Assembly: GCA_964410915.1 (NCBI GenBank)
Contig: CAYPIU010000005.1
Location: 10,834 to 74,833 of the forward strand
Length of the DNA stretch: 64,000 nt
Direction of reading: 5' to 3'
Origin: an uncultured Synergistales bacterium
Lineage (GTDB): Bacteria > Synergistota > Synergistia > Synergistales > JAFGMB01
The notes beneath the pieces were generated by a model, which was given only the letters and a program-made list of their open reading frames with translations, did no database searches and was not told the DNA's origin. The position numbers were made by a program, and so were the translations under genes. Below are positions 18,714 through 28,066 of this stretch, piece after piece (positions within the stretch are counted from its first letter, which is position 1; every line of letters begins with the position of its first letter).

Positions 18714-19193
18714 TTATTTCCCTGATATGTCAAATCTGATGAACTCGGTTTCTTCATCATATGATTTGTGCAGTTCAACAGAGCCAAACCCCTGGATAAC
18801 TATCTCCATTGTTGCCAAAACAAAAGTTTTACCATCATCCACTATATGACCTGCAATTGGCTCCATTTCATCAGTACCCACAGTACCATGCAGATGAAGG
18901 CTTATCTCTCCCTTTTCAAGTCCGATCATCCCCTGAGCTCCTATCAGTTCAAGCGGGCCCTGGATCATAATGGGCTCAAAATACCTTGCCCCTATTTCAC
19001 TTGTAGGATCCGGTGTAACACAGACAAGAGTTGCAGCTTTAAGGCTTCCAAGCATAGTAACGATCGTTCCTGAAAAGATATTTTTCTCTTTGCAAACCTG
19101 TCTTATACCTTCAAAAAGCTCTACGCCATGAGAAAAACGGGCGACAATGGTTTTGGAAATGTCAGTCTCAAATGCTTCAATTTTAGGATCCAA
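18714..19193 (-). CDS. DUF296 / PPC-domain protein (second copy)
   Basis: ARFSHGVEL, GSL, LELIG, LHLHG...AGHI, TMEI. TTG start at 19193 after GGGAGG; the ORF track starts at 19265. Confidence 0.85.
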   Translation of the reverse strand: MDPKIEAFETDISKTIVARFSHGVELFEGIRQVCKEKNIFSGTIVTMLGSLKAATLVCVTPDPTSEIGARYFEPIMIQGPLELIGAQGMIGLEKGEISLHLHGTVGTDEMEPIAGHIVDDGKTFVLATMEIVIQGFGSVELHKSYDEETEFIRFDISGK

Positions 19194-19293
19194 TACCTTA
19201 CCTCCCAATACGTATAAGGATAATTCCCTGGGATATAGATTATAGAGAAACCGGGAATTTATCAATCCCGAAACTAAGTATCAAGGAACACAG

Positions 19294-19761
19294 CTACTTT
19301 TTGTTTTCTCCCAGGTTTAATTCTCTGTATATCTGATTAAGTTTTCTTCCTATATCAAAATACTCCTTCTCCGTTTTCCTCAGGGATACAGCATCCTGCC
19401 TGTAATCCTTTTTTGCATACTTATCTCCATTGCTTCGCTGCTTTAATTTAATTGAAATATCCTCAAGCTGAGCAACTGCCCTCATAAAAACGCTTATATA
19501 GGCTCTTAGAGTTATCAGAAACTGGCCTTCCCTTTCTTTTCCATCAGGTTTAATAGACCTGATACTATCCTTGGCCTGTCCAAGTTCATCCTCCATTTCC
19601 TGCAGCCTTTCAAAATGCGCCTGGTAATTTACAGGCCTGAAAATCCCGGGAATGGGAATTATCTTTCTGAAGGAAGGCTTGAAAATATCTTCTTCTATAT
19701 TCACATATTCTTTAACAAGACCATTAACCTTCATTGCCACAGAAGAAACTTTCTGATCCAT
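19294..19761 (-). CDS. Hypothetical helical protein (155 aa)
   Basis: Long ORF with GGGGT RBS and coiled-coil-like composition; no family recognised. Confidence 0.7.
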   Translation of the reverse strand: MDQKVSSVAMKVNGLVKEYVNIEEDIFKPSFRKIIPIPGIFRPVNYQAHFERLQEMEDELGQAKDSIRSIKPDGKEREGQFLITLRAYISVFMRAVAQLEDISIKLKQRSNGDKYAKKDYRQDAVSLRKTEKEYFDIGRKLNQIYRELNLGENKK

Positions 19762-19988
19762 GGTTTACCCCCATTTTTGAAAAATATTAGAATAAGACCT
19801 TCATATAAAATATATCACTAAAAACTGGATATTGTATTTTTTAAATAGACACACAAGTTTCTATAATGATATTCCCATATTTAAACATTTCAGAAAACGA
19901 TATTTTTTTGACATGGTATTATTTGTAAAAAGTATTTGGAACATTCAAGCGAATAGTCTGGATTTAATACTCAGGAGGGATGTAATCA

Positions 19989-20984
19989 ATGGATCATCTT
20001 GAAAAACGTATCGCTCTCGGCAACCTGCCTACTCCGATACAAAAAATGAATAACATAAGCAGATTTCTCGAAGGACCAGACATTTACATTAAGCGGGACG
20101 ATCTCACTGGAGTCGCCTTTTCCGGAAACAAGGTCAGAAAACTCGAATTTTGCGGAGCCTTTGCTCTGGAAAAAGGATATGATGTTCTGATCTCCTGCGG
20201 AGGTATCCAGTCAAACCACGCAAGGGCGACTGCCGCTGCAGCTTCAAAACTTGGGCTTGGATGTCACCTGGTTTTAGGTGGGAAAAAACCTGTGGATACA
20301 GAGGGAAATCTTTTCCTGGATCAGATACTTGGAGCTTCGATCACTTTTGCCGATGGATATGGTCTTAACGAGATGGAAGATCTGATGGAAGAAATTGCTG
20401 AAGATTACAGAACAAAGGACTTCAAACCATATATCATTCCCCTGGGAGCATCCGATGCAAGGGGATCTCTTGGATATATAAAAGCATCTATGGAAATGAA
20501 AGAACAGTTTGATAACCAGGGATTCGAACCGGATCATATTATATGCCCCACGGGTTCGGGTGGAACTCTTTCAGGACTCCTGGCAGGCAAAGATCTTTGT
20601 GGAATATCATCAAGAATAACGGGTTTCAGCGTAGCCTTTGATTCCATGTCAGTAAAGTCAAAAGTCATGAGTGTCCTTGAAGAGATCAAGGGAAGTTATT
20701 TCCCCGAATTGAACATTGAAGAAATTAATATTAACGTCAATGACAGCTATATCGGGGAGGGATATACGAAAACCACCATGGAACAGCTGAAAATGATCAA
20801 AGAAGTTGCAAGCAGGGAAGCTCTCCTTTTTGATCCGACTTATACCGGCAAAGCTTTCTATGGAGTTACCGAAGAAATTCGCAATGGGAAATATCGAAAA
20901 GGTGAAAAAATCCTCTTCATTCATACTGGGGGAGTTTTTGGACTATTTCCTTATAAAGAAAGATTTAGAGAAGATATTTTCTGA
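19989..20984 (+). CDS. dcyD: D-cysteine desulfhydrase family PLP enzyme
   Basis: IKRDDLTG..FSGNKVRKLEF, QSNHARATA, GSGGT, DPTYTGK (Thr, not the Glu of ACC deaminase), HTGG. Confidence 0.88.
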   Translation: MDHLEKRIALGNLPTPIQKMNNISRFLEGPDIYIKRDDLTGVAFSGNKVRKLEFCGAFALEKGYDVLISCGGIQSNHARATAAAASKLGLGCHLVLGGKKPVDTEGNLFLDQILGASITFADGYGLNEMEDLMEEIAEDYRTKDFKPYIIPLGASDARGSLGYIKASMEMKEQFDNQGFEPDHIICPTGSGGTLSGLLAGKDLCGISSRITGFSVAFDSMSVKSKVMSVLEEIKGSYFPELNIEEININVNDSYIGEGYTKTTMEQLKMIKEVASREALLFDPTYTGKAFYGVTEEIRNGKYRKGEKILFIHTGGVFGLFPYKERFREDIF

Positions 20985-21025
20985 TTTAACAGATGTTGTA
21001 AAGGTTCAGACAAGGAGGTAGTATC

Positions 21026-22135
21026 ATGCTTCGCCAGACCTGGATGGAAATATACACGGATAATCTTCGCTCCAATTACAGGGAAGTAAGAAGGCTCATC
21101 CCTGAGGATTGCAAAATAATCGCAGTAGTAAAAGGTAACGCCTATTCCCATGGAGCAGTAGAAACAGCAAAGGTTTTCAGATCTGAAGGATGCCAGTGGT
21201 TCGCAGTAGCAACCCCTGAAGAAGCCCTTGAACTGAGATGCAACGGAATAAAAGAAAAAATACTTGTAATGGCAGCATCTACTGCTGAAGCCGCAGAAGC
21301 ATATATAACTAATGACATCTCTGCAGCATGCGGAGATTTCAGATTTTTAGACATTATGAACAGAGCAGCCCTGAAGACAGGGAAAAAAGCCAGGGTACAC
21401 ATAAAGTTTGATACAGGACTGAGCAGAACGGGATTCTTTGAAACAGATATCCCGAAACTCACACAAAAACTCAGATATTCCGAAGGAATTGTAATGGAAG
21501 GCACCTTCACCCATTTTGCAACTGCTGACGAGACAAATCCGGATTACACAAAATGGCAGTACTCGAGGTTTAAAAATGCAATGTCAGATATGGCCGCAAA
21601 AGGTTTCCCATCAGATTTTCAACACGTCTGCAACAGCCCTGCCACAGTCAACTTCCCGGAATACAGCCTTGATGCGGTCCGGCCTGGAAACCTTCTTTAC
21701 GGACTACCCAGCGGAAGATGTTCAAGAACAGTCGCTCTTAAACCCGCATGCGCATTTAAGACCCGAATTGCAGTTATTCGTGAACTTGAAGCAAGAACAG
21801 GCGTAGGTTATGGCCTGAAATATATGACAAGAGGCAGGCAGAGAACAGGTATTCTCCCTGTAGGGTTTTATGACGGAATGACGAGGCTGCTGTCTGGGAA
21901 AGCAGAGGTACTTGTAAGGGGACGCAGGGTCCCGGTGATAGGAAATATATGCCTTGACCAGACTATAATTGACCTGACGGAAGTTCCCGAAGCAAGAGAG
22001 GGTGACGAAGTTGTGCTTATAGGAAGACAGGGCGAAGAAGAAATATCAGTAAAGGATGTAGCCGATAAGCTGGGGTCTATAGTCACTCAGGTACTAAGTT
22101 TCATAACAGCGAGGGTACCCCGAGTCTATATATAA
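21026..22135 (+). CDS. alr: Alanine racemase family (fold type III)
   Basis: AVVKGNAYSHG (PLP Lys), HIKFDTGLSRTG, FTHFATAD, VRPG, GVGYG (catalytic Tyr), GNICLDQ. Confidence 0.92.
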   Translation: MLRQTWMEIYTDNLRSNYREVRRLIPEDCKIIAVVKGNAYSHGAVETAKVFRSEGCQWFAVATPEEALELRCNGIKEKILVMAASTAEAAEAYITNDISAACGDFRFLDIMNRAALKTGKKARVHIKFDTGLSRTGFFETDIPKLTQKLRYSEGIVMEGTFTHFATADETNPDYTKWQYSRFKNAMSDMAAKGFPSDFQHVCNSPATVNFPEYSLDAVRPGNLLYGLPSGRCSRTVALKPACAFKTRIAVIRELEARTGVGYGLKYMTRGRQRTGILPVGFYDGMTRLLSGKAEVLVRGRRVPVIGNICLDQTIIDLTEVPEAREGDEVVLIGRQGEEEISVKDVADKLGSIVTQVLSFITARVPRVYI

Positions 22136-22514
22136 ATGCCCTGCTGATAGAATCAGACTTAAAGTAAATTCTTTAAAATATTTCTTAAAATAAGTATATT
22201 TAAGATACATAAGCCATTGTATCCGCTAAAATACATAATACATTCGATCCAGCTAAAATTAGAAACGATATTTTTTAAAATTCTTCGTTGGCTTAACTTC
22301 TTCAATTAACCCCAAGAACCCTATCGAATCAGTGTTAGCAGGTATTTAGCAGATAACATGCAATCGATAAAAAAATTATAAGTAGCATTTTGTGAATTTG
22401 CGGATTATTTTGACACTTACTATACTCTCAGGTAATATATTTTTTGCATACAGACAATTCCGTATTACGGAATTGTCTGTATAAATCCAGTAGAGTCGGA
22501 GAATTTGTAGAGCT

Positions 22515-23294
22515 ATGGTTAAAAATACCAGACACAGCGAACTTGTTCAGTCCGTTATCCGTTCTTTTTCCATTGTTGAACTTCTTTCTTCCTTCGGCGA
22601 ACTGGGGATCAGTGAAATCAGTATTCATACCCAACTCGAGAAGAGTACGGTGGCACGATTGCTCAAAACTCTTCAACACCTTGGTTATGTCGTACAAAAC
22701 TCTTCCAATCATAAATATAAGATAGGCTTAAAGCTTTTTGAGATGGGTATAACGGAACTTGAGAGAAACACTGTTAAATTGCTTGCACATCCACATCTCG
22801 AAAATCTTTCCTGTGAAACCGGAGAATTTGCCTCTATCGGGATTATCGCAGGAAATGAAGTTCTTGTACTGGATAGTGTGAAACCCGATGATACAGGATC
22901 AGGGCACCCGGTATTCGGCAACAGATTGCCTGTATATGCAACCTCCACGGGCAAAGTTCTTCTCGCATTTCAACCAGAATCCAGGCAAAAGATCATACTT
23001 GAGAATATCAATTTCAATATTTTCACAAAGAACACGCTCAAAGACCATGATCAAGTTGCTGAAGAACTTGTCAAGATCCGCGGGAAAGGGTACGCAACGG
23101 ATAAAGAAGAGTTAAGCTATGGATTTTTTTCATGTGCCGTACCCATAATGAATAGAAAGGGATATGCACTGGCTGGACTTTGTATAACATTTCCCCACAG
23201 GGAAAAAACTGATCTAATGGATTATGGGTCCTTCATAATATCAAAACTTCGTGAGGTTTCCATAAAACTGAGTCTGAAACTCGGTTTTGAATAG
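22515..23294 (+). CDS. IclR-family transcriptional regulator
   Basis: QSVIRSFSIVELL, LEKSTVARLLKTL, YATSTGKVLLA, GYATDKEE. Confidence 0.93.
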   Translation: MVKNTRHSELVQSVIRSFSIVELLSSFGELGISEISIHTQLEKSTVARLLKTLQHLGYVVQNSSNHKYKIGLKLFEMGITELERNTVKLLAHPHLENLSCETGEFASIGIIAGNEVLVLDSVKPDDTGSGHPVFGNRLPVYATSTGKVLLAFQPESRQKIILENINFNIFTKNTLKDHDQVAEELVKIRGKGYATDKEELSYGFFSCAVPIMNRKGYALAGLCITFPHREKTDLMDYGSFIISKLREVSIKLSLKLGFE

Positions 23295-23407
23295 AAATTT
23301 AATGGCAGGGGGGGAGATATGAATATTAAAAATTCTTTTAAAGTTACAAACTATTCAGGATACGGTCAATTAAACAGAACGAAAGGTTAAAGGGGTGGTT
23401 AACACAA

Positions 23408-24031
23408 ATGATGAAGATCATGACAAGCGGATTATGGAAATTACTGGAATACCCTCAAAAAGCAATAATGATAATTTCTTCTTTATCAATTCTTACACTT
23501 GTTGTTGTTCAGGTTATTTTGCGGTACGTATTTGTAATGCCTCTTATGGGTATAGAGGAAATTGCAACCATGGTAGGCTTCTGGCTTTATTTCATGGGGG
23601 CCTCATGGGGAACTGCAGACAGAAGTCATATCAAAGCTGACCTTGTAAATGCTTTTGTAAAAAATCCAAAGATCCTTGTCTGGATCAAATCTCTTACTGC
23701 ATTCCTTTCTGTATGCCTAAGCCTCTTCATGACATATTGGGGCTGGAAGTATGTCGTCTGGGGATTCCAGAAGGGACAGGCATCTTTCACACTAATGATA
23801 CCTATGATCTATTCCCAGGTAAGCATATTCATCTGCGCACTTCTGATGGATTTCTATTTTGCAGTTGAATTCATGGATTACTTCTCCCAGGCTACAGGAA
23901 AGGCCCCACTGACAATAGGAATGGAAGAAGAAGAAAAGATCGAGGAAGTCCTTGAAGAAACAGGGTTAAAGGATCTTTCCAGTAACATCGGGAAAGATGA
24001 AAAATCCAGCGATAGAGTAACGGAGGAATAG
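23408..24031 (+). CDS. dctQ: TRAP small permease DctQ with acidic C-terminal extension
   Basis: VQVILRY, EEIA, HIKAD, four TM segments. Confidence 0.9.
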   Translation: MMKIMTSGLWKLLEYPQKAIMIISSLSILTLVVVQVILRYVFVMPLMGIEEIATMVGFWLYFMGASWGTADRSHIKADLVNAFVKNPKILVWIKSLTAFLSVCLSLFMTYWGWKYVVWGFQKGQASFTLMIPMIYSQVSIFICALLMDFYFAVEFMDYFSQATGKAPLTIGMEEEEKIEEVLEETGLKDLSSNIGKDEKSSDRVTEE

Positions 24032-24033
24032 AT

Positions 24034-25335
24034 ATGGTTATTGCGATTAATCTTCTTATCCTGATAGGTCTGATAGTCCTCGGCTTACCAGTAGCATTAT
24101 GTTTCATGTCTGCAGCTATCTACATGGGAATGGTTTACGGTTTCAGTTTTGGTTTCCTTCTTCCTGCAGGCTACTACGCTCTTAATTCGCTGACCCTGCT
24201 TTCCATGCCTTTCTTCATTATGGCAGGAGCACTTATGTCATCATCAGGAATTGCACAGAGACTTACAATCTTCGCGCAGGCATTCCTCGGAAGAATGCGT
24301 GGTGGTATGGGAGCAGCAACAATAGTCGCATGTGCAATATTTGGTTCAATAGCAGGAACATGTACAGCTGCCGTGGCATGCATCGGAGGCATCATGATAC
24401 CCCGCCTTGAAAGCTTTGGTTACCCAAGACCCTACTCAGTGGCGATAGTAAGCTGTGCATCCGTTCTTGGACAGCTCATCCCGCCAAGTGTCCCAATGAT
24501 ACTCTACGCATGGGTAACCCAGCAGTCAGTTGCAGCATGCTTCCTGGCCACTGTCCTTCCAGGTATACTGATGACCTTCCTTATGTGTGTACTTAATTAC
24601 TTTGAAGTCAAAAAAATACCAACTATCACCGTAGAACCCAAGATATCTTTTGATGACAAGCTCAAATTGATCGGAAATGCTACAAAAACCGGTATATGGA
24701 GTTTGTTAATGCCTGTAATAATTCTCGGAGGTATTTACGGAGGGATCACTACTCCAACGGAATCTGCTGCTATAGCCATGTTCTACGCGATACTTGTAGG
24801 TTTTCTGATTCACAGGGAGCTCAACCTTAAGAAACTTGGCCATTCACTGGTGAGTTCAGCAACAACAAGCGGCGTCTGCGCATTAATGCTCTTTTTCGTT
24901 TCTATTCTGGCTAAGATCTATACCATGCAGCAGATACCACAGCAGCTTGCAGATTTTCTACTGACACTTTCCGACAACAAGTATGTTCTTCTTTTACTGG
25001 TTAACCTATTCCTGATCATGATCGGCATGATGATGGACGACTTCAGCGGAACAATGCTTGCTGCTCCGCTCCTTCTGCCACTGATGTTAAAGATCGGAGT
25101 CCATCCAGTACATTTCGCCGCCATAGTGGGGACAAACCTGGGACTCGGAAATGTTACTCCTCCGTGTGCACCAATACTTTACCTTGGGGGAAGAATTGGC
25201 GGAGCCTCGTTTGATGAATATGTCAAACCGGCAGCCAAAATAATGCTCATGGTGCAGCTACCGGTCGTTTTAATAACAACATATTTCCCGCAGCTATCAC
25301 TGTTCCTGCCAAAACTCATCATGAACATTAAATAA
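24034..25335 (+). CDS. dctM: TRAP large permease DctM
   Basis: MPFFIMAG, LGQLIPPSVPMILY, TPTESA, GNVTPP. Confidence 0.93.
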   Translation: MVIAINLLILIGLIVLGLPVALCFMSAAIYMGMVYGFSFGFLLPAGYYALNSLTLLSMPFFIMAGALMSSSGIAQRLTIFAQAFLGRMRGGMGAATIVACAIFGSIAGTCTAAVACIGGIMIPRLESFGYPRPYSVAIVSCASVLGQLIPPSVPMILYAWVTQQSVAACFLATVLPGILMTFLMCVLNYFEVKKIPTITVEPKISFDDKLKLIGNATKTGIWSLLMPVIILGGIYGGITTPTESAAIAMFYAILVGFLIHRELNLKKLGHSLVSSATTSGVCALMLFFVSILAKIYTMQQIPQQLADFLLTLSDNKYVLLLLVNLFLIMIGMMMDDFSGTMLAAPLLLPLMLKIGVHPVHFAAIVGTNLGLGNVTPPCAPILYLGGRIGGASFDEYVKPAAKIMLMVQLPVVLITTYFPQLSLFLPKLIMNIK

Positions 25336-25469
25336 CAGCAACAATGGAGTTTTTAGATTCATATATGGATAAATGAAGGAGTGATGCCAGGGAAAAGATC
25401 TTTGAGGTTAAAGGAGAAGTAGAGTTAAAGTAAAATTGGCTCCAAAAATTTCAGGAGGTGTCTAAAATA

Positions 25470-26480
25470 ATGAAAAAGTTCCTGGTAGTATTTTTGGTAG
25501 TAGCTCTGGTAGTAAGCCTTGCTTCAGTAGCCGTTGCAGCACCAAAATGGAAATTCAAAATGGGTCACGCTAATCCTATAGAAACTCCCTATGATCAGAC
25601 GACCAAGCAATTCGCCGAATTTGCCAAAGAGATGACTGACGGACAGGTTGAGGTAAGCATTTTCCCGAATAACCAGCTGGGTGACTGGACTGAAACTTTT
25701 GAGCTTATTATGCGCGGAGACGTCGAAATGGGCTTCCAGATCGCAAATGCTGCCTATGACCCCAGACTGAACTTCGCCTATTATATGCCTTACGTTGTTA
25801 CCAATGTTGAGGAAGCCAAAGAAGCATACGGTCCTGGTGGCTGGGCTCTTGGAATAGCCGAGCAGCTTTGGGCTGATCATGGTATCAAGGCTCTTGCCGT
25901 ATTCCCCGTAGGAGTAGCAGGCGTATCTCTCAGCGAAGTACCTGAGGGCCCGGGGGATCCTGATGTTGCAAAAGGCATGAAGATCCGTGTAATGCCCCTT
26001 AAAGCATGCGAACTTACATACAAAAGACTTGGATATATACCCACCCCTATCCCCTATGCTGAAACCTACAGCGCAATCCAGACCGGTATAGCAGACGGCC
26101 AGATGGGCGGAGGTTCTTTCCAGGCATGGTCCTTCAGAGATGTCAACAGTGTATGGGTAAGATACAATGACTACTTTGAGAACCATTTCATTGTAATAAA
26201 CCAGGATATTTGGGACGATCTTCCTGAAGATGTACAGGAAGGACTCCAGGAAGCAGCAAATAAAGCTTCTGAGATCCGCTGGGAGCAGGTCAAGACTGAA
26301 GACCAGCACTACGTGGATATTCTGAAAAATGATTTTGACTGGACAATCGTCAACCTTTCCAAGGCAGAACTCGATGCATGTGCCAAGGCAGTCCGTGAGG
26401 ATGTATGGCCGGAACTGAAAGAAATGCTCGGAGAAAAACTCTTCAACCAGGCCATGGAAGGCATAGGTATGAGCAATTAG
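25470..26480 (+). CDS. dctP: TRAP solute-binding protein DctP
   Basis: Signal peptide, FPNNQLG, GMKIRVM, YSAIQTGIADGQ. ATG 25470 chosen from the AGGAGG spacing. Confidence 0.92.
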   Translation: MKKFLVVFLVVALVVSLASVAVAAPKWKFKMGHANPIETPYDQTTKQFAEFAKEMTDGQVEVSIFPNNQLGDWTETFELIMRGDVEMGFQIANAAYDPRLNFAYYMPYVVTNVEEAKEAYGPGGWALGIAEQLWADHGIKALAVFPVGVAGVSLSEVPEGPGDPDVAKGMKIRVMPLKACELTYKRLGYIPTPIPYAETYSAIQTGIADGQMGGGSFQAWSFRDVNSVWVRYNDYFENHFIVINQDIWDDLPEDVQEGLQEAANKASEIRWEQVKTEDQHYVDILKNDFDWTIVNLSKAELDACAKAVREDVWPELKEMLGEKLFNQAMEGIGMSN

Positions 26481-26532
26481 TAAGACTCTTTCCAGAAATG
26501 TTTTATAACGGGATAGAGTAAGCTGTTTTTTG

Positions 26533-26566
26533 AAAGGGCGGGTTTATGCCCGCCCTTTTCTTTTCT
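26533..26566 (+). terminator. Rho-independent terminator after dctP
   Basis: aaagggcggg-tttatg-cccgcccttt followed by a T-rich tail. Confidence 0.75.
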
Positions 26567-26662
26567 ACTGGGGGAAGATCCTGAAATACCTGTTATAACC
26601 TGGATTTTCATGTACAATATTGGAAAATTCAGATTGAAGTACTTTAAAAGGAGCTGAAGCAA

Positions 26663-28021
26663 GTGACTTCCAGAAAACTTGACAAATGCATGAAACTGGT
26701 CGAGGAAGATAAGGCTATTACCTCACCTGCAGCAAAAGTACCTTACTACCCACTCGTTGTAAAAAGTGCAAAGGGCTCAATTGTCGAAGATGTGGATGGC
26801 AATAAATATATCGACCTTCTTTCAAGTGCAGGCGCAATAAATACCGGTCACTGCCATCCTGACGTGGTAAAAGCCATAAAAGAACAATCAGAAAAACTTA
26901 TACTCTACACCCATGTTTATATGTATCATGAACCTATCATCGATCTTACCAGGGAACTGATAAATATATCTCCAGGCAACTACAGAAAAAGAGTATTTTA
27001 CGGGCTTTGCGGCTCGGATTCTAATGACGGTGCCATAAAACTTGCCCGAACTTCTACCGGCAGAACCAAGATAATCTCTTTCATTCGGGGATACCACGGA
27101 AGCACATATGGAGCTTTATCGCTTAGCGCTGTAAGCCTCCCGATGAGACGGAATCTTGGCCCCCTTCTCCCTGAGATCTACCATGTCCCTTTCCCAGATA
27201 CTTACAGGACACCCTTTCCTGGAATGTCCGGGGATGAAGTCGCGGATTACACTATAAAACAGATCGAGAATGCTTTCGAGACATATATTCCTGCGGATGA
27301 GGTAGCTGCCTTTATTATGGAACCCATCCAGGGCGATGCGGGACTGGTTGTACCACCCATAAAGTTTGTCAAAGATCTGAAAAAACTTTGCGAAAAACAT
27401 GGAATTCTTTTCTTTTCAGAAGAAGTTCAACAGGGTTTTGGCAGAACAGGAAAATGGTTTGGCATAGAAAATTTTGATGTCATACCTGACGGGATAATAA
27501 TGGGCAAGGCTATGGCATCAGGACTTCCGCTCGGGGGAATGGTCGCAAGAGCAGAACTAATGGAAAACTGGGAAGCACCAGCTCATCTTTTTACTGCTGC
27601 GGGAAACCCTGTATGTTGTGCCGCCTCTCTTGCAACCATAAACGTAATAAGAAATGAAAACCTTCTGGACCATGTAAGCACAATTGGGACCTATGCAAAA
27701 GATCGTTTCACCAGAATGCAGGAGAAATATGAGATCATCGGAGATGTACGTGGAATTGGCCTGTCTATCGCTGTGGACCTTGTAAAGGACAGACTTTCCA
27801 AAGACAGGAACAGGGAAGCAGCTGCCAAGATATGTTATAGATGCTGGGAAAAGGGGCTTTTACTATCCTTCTTCAGCGGATCAGTTCTGAGATTCCAGCC
27901 TCCCCTGGTCATTACAAAAGCACAAATAGACGAATCCATGGATAAAATAGATGCAAGTATTGGAGAATACCTGAAAGGTGATATCCCCGATTCAGTCCTT
28001 GAAACTGTCAAGGGCTGGTAA
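26663..28021 (+). CDS. GABA-aminotransferase-like fold-type-I PLP enzyme, probably an amino-acid racemase/epimerase (isoleucine 2-epimerase / BAR-like)
   Basis: DVDGNKYIDL, YHGSTYG, EPIQGDAG (Asp), GKAMASGLP, APAHLFT.AGNPV, LRFQPPL, terminal GW. This matches my recollection of Lactobacillus Ile 2-epimerase. Confidence 0.8.
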   Translation: MTSRKLDKCMKLVEEDKAITSPAAKVPYYPLVVKSAKGSIVEDVDGNKYIDLLSSAGAINTGHCHPDVVKAIKEQSEKLILYTHVYMYHEPIIDLTRELINISPGNYRKRVFYGLCGSDSNDGAIKLARTSTGRTKIISFIRGYHGSTYGALSLSAVSLPMRRNLGPLLPEIYHVPFPDTYRTPFPGMSGDEVADYTIKQIENAFETYIPADEVAAFIMEPIQGDAGLVVPPIKFVKDLKKLCEKHGILFFSEEVQQGFGRTGKWFGIENFDVIPDGIIMGKAMASGLPLGGMVARAELMENWEAPAHLFTAAGNPVCCAASLATINVIRNENLLDHVSTIGTYAKDRFTRMQEKYEIIGDVRGIGLSIAVDLVKDRLSKDRNREAAAKICYRCWEKGLLLSFFSGSVLRFQPPLVITKAQIDESMDKIDASIGEYLKGDIPDSVLETVKGW

Positions 28022-28066
28022 ATACAGAATTAGACTGATAAATATCTATAATAAGGAGGAATTAAG

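Noticed and set aside
18440-19278. 12-bp direct repeat CCCGAAACTAAG (18440, 19267) flanking the second DUF296 gene as a target-site duplication
   Set aside because: There is no transposase, integrase or terminal inverted repeat, and a single 12-mer match is plausible by chance in 64 kb.
19989-20984. ACC deaminase
   Set aside because: The motif is DPTYTGK (Thr), not the DPVYEGK (Glu) of ACC deaminases.
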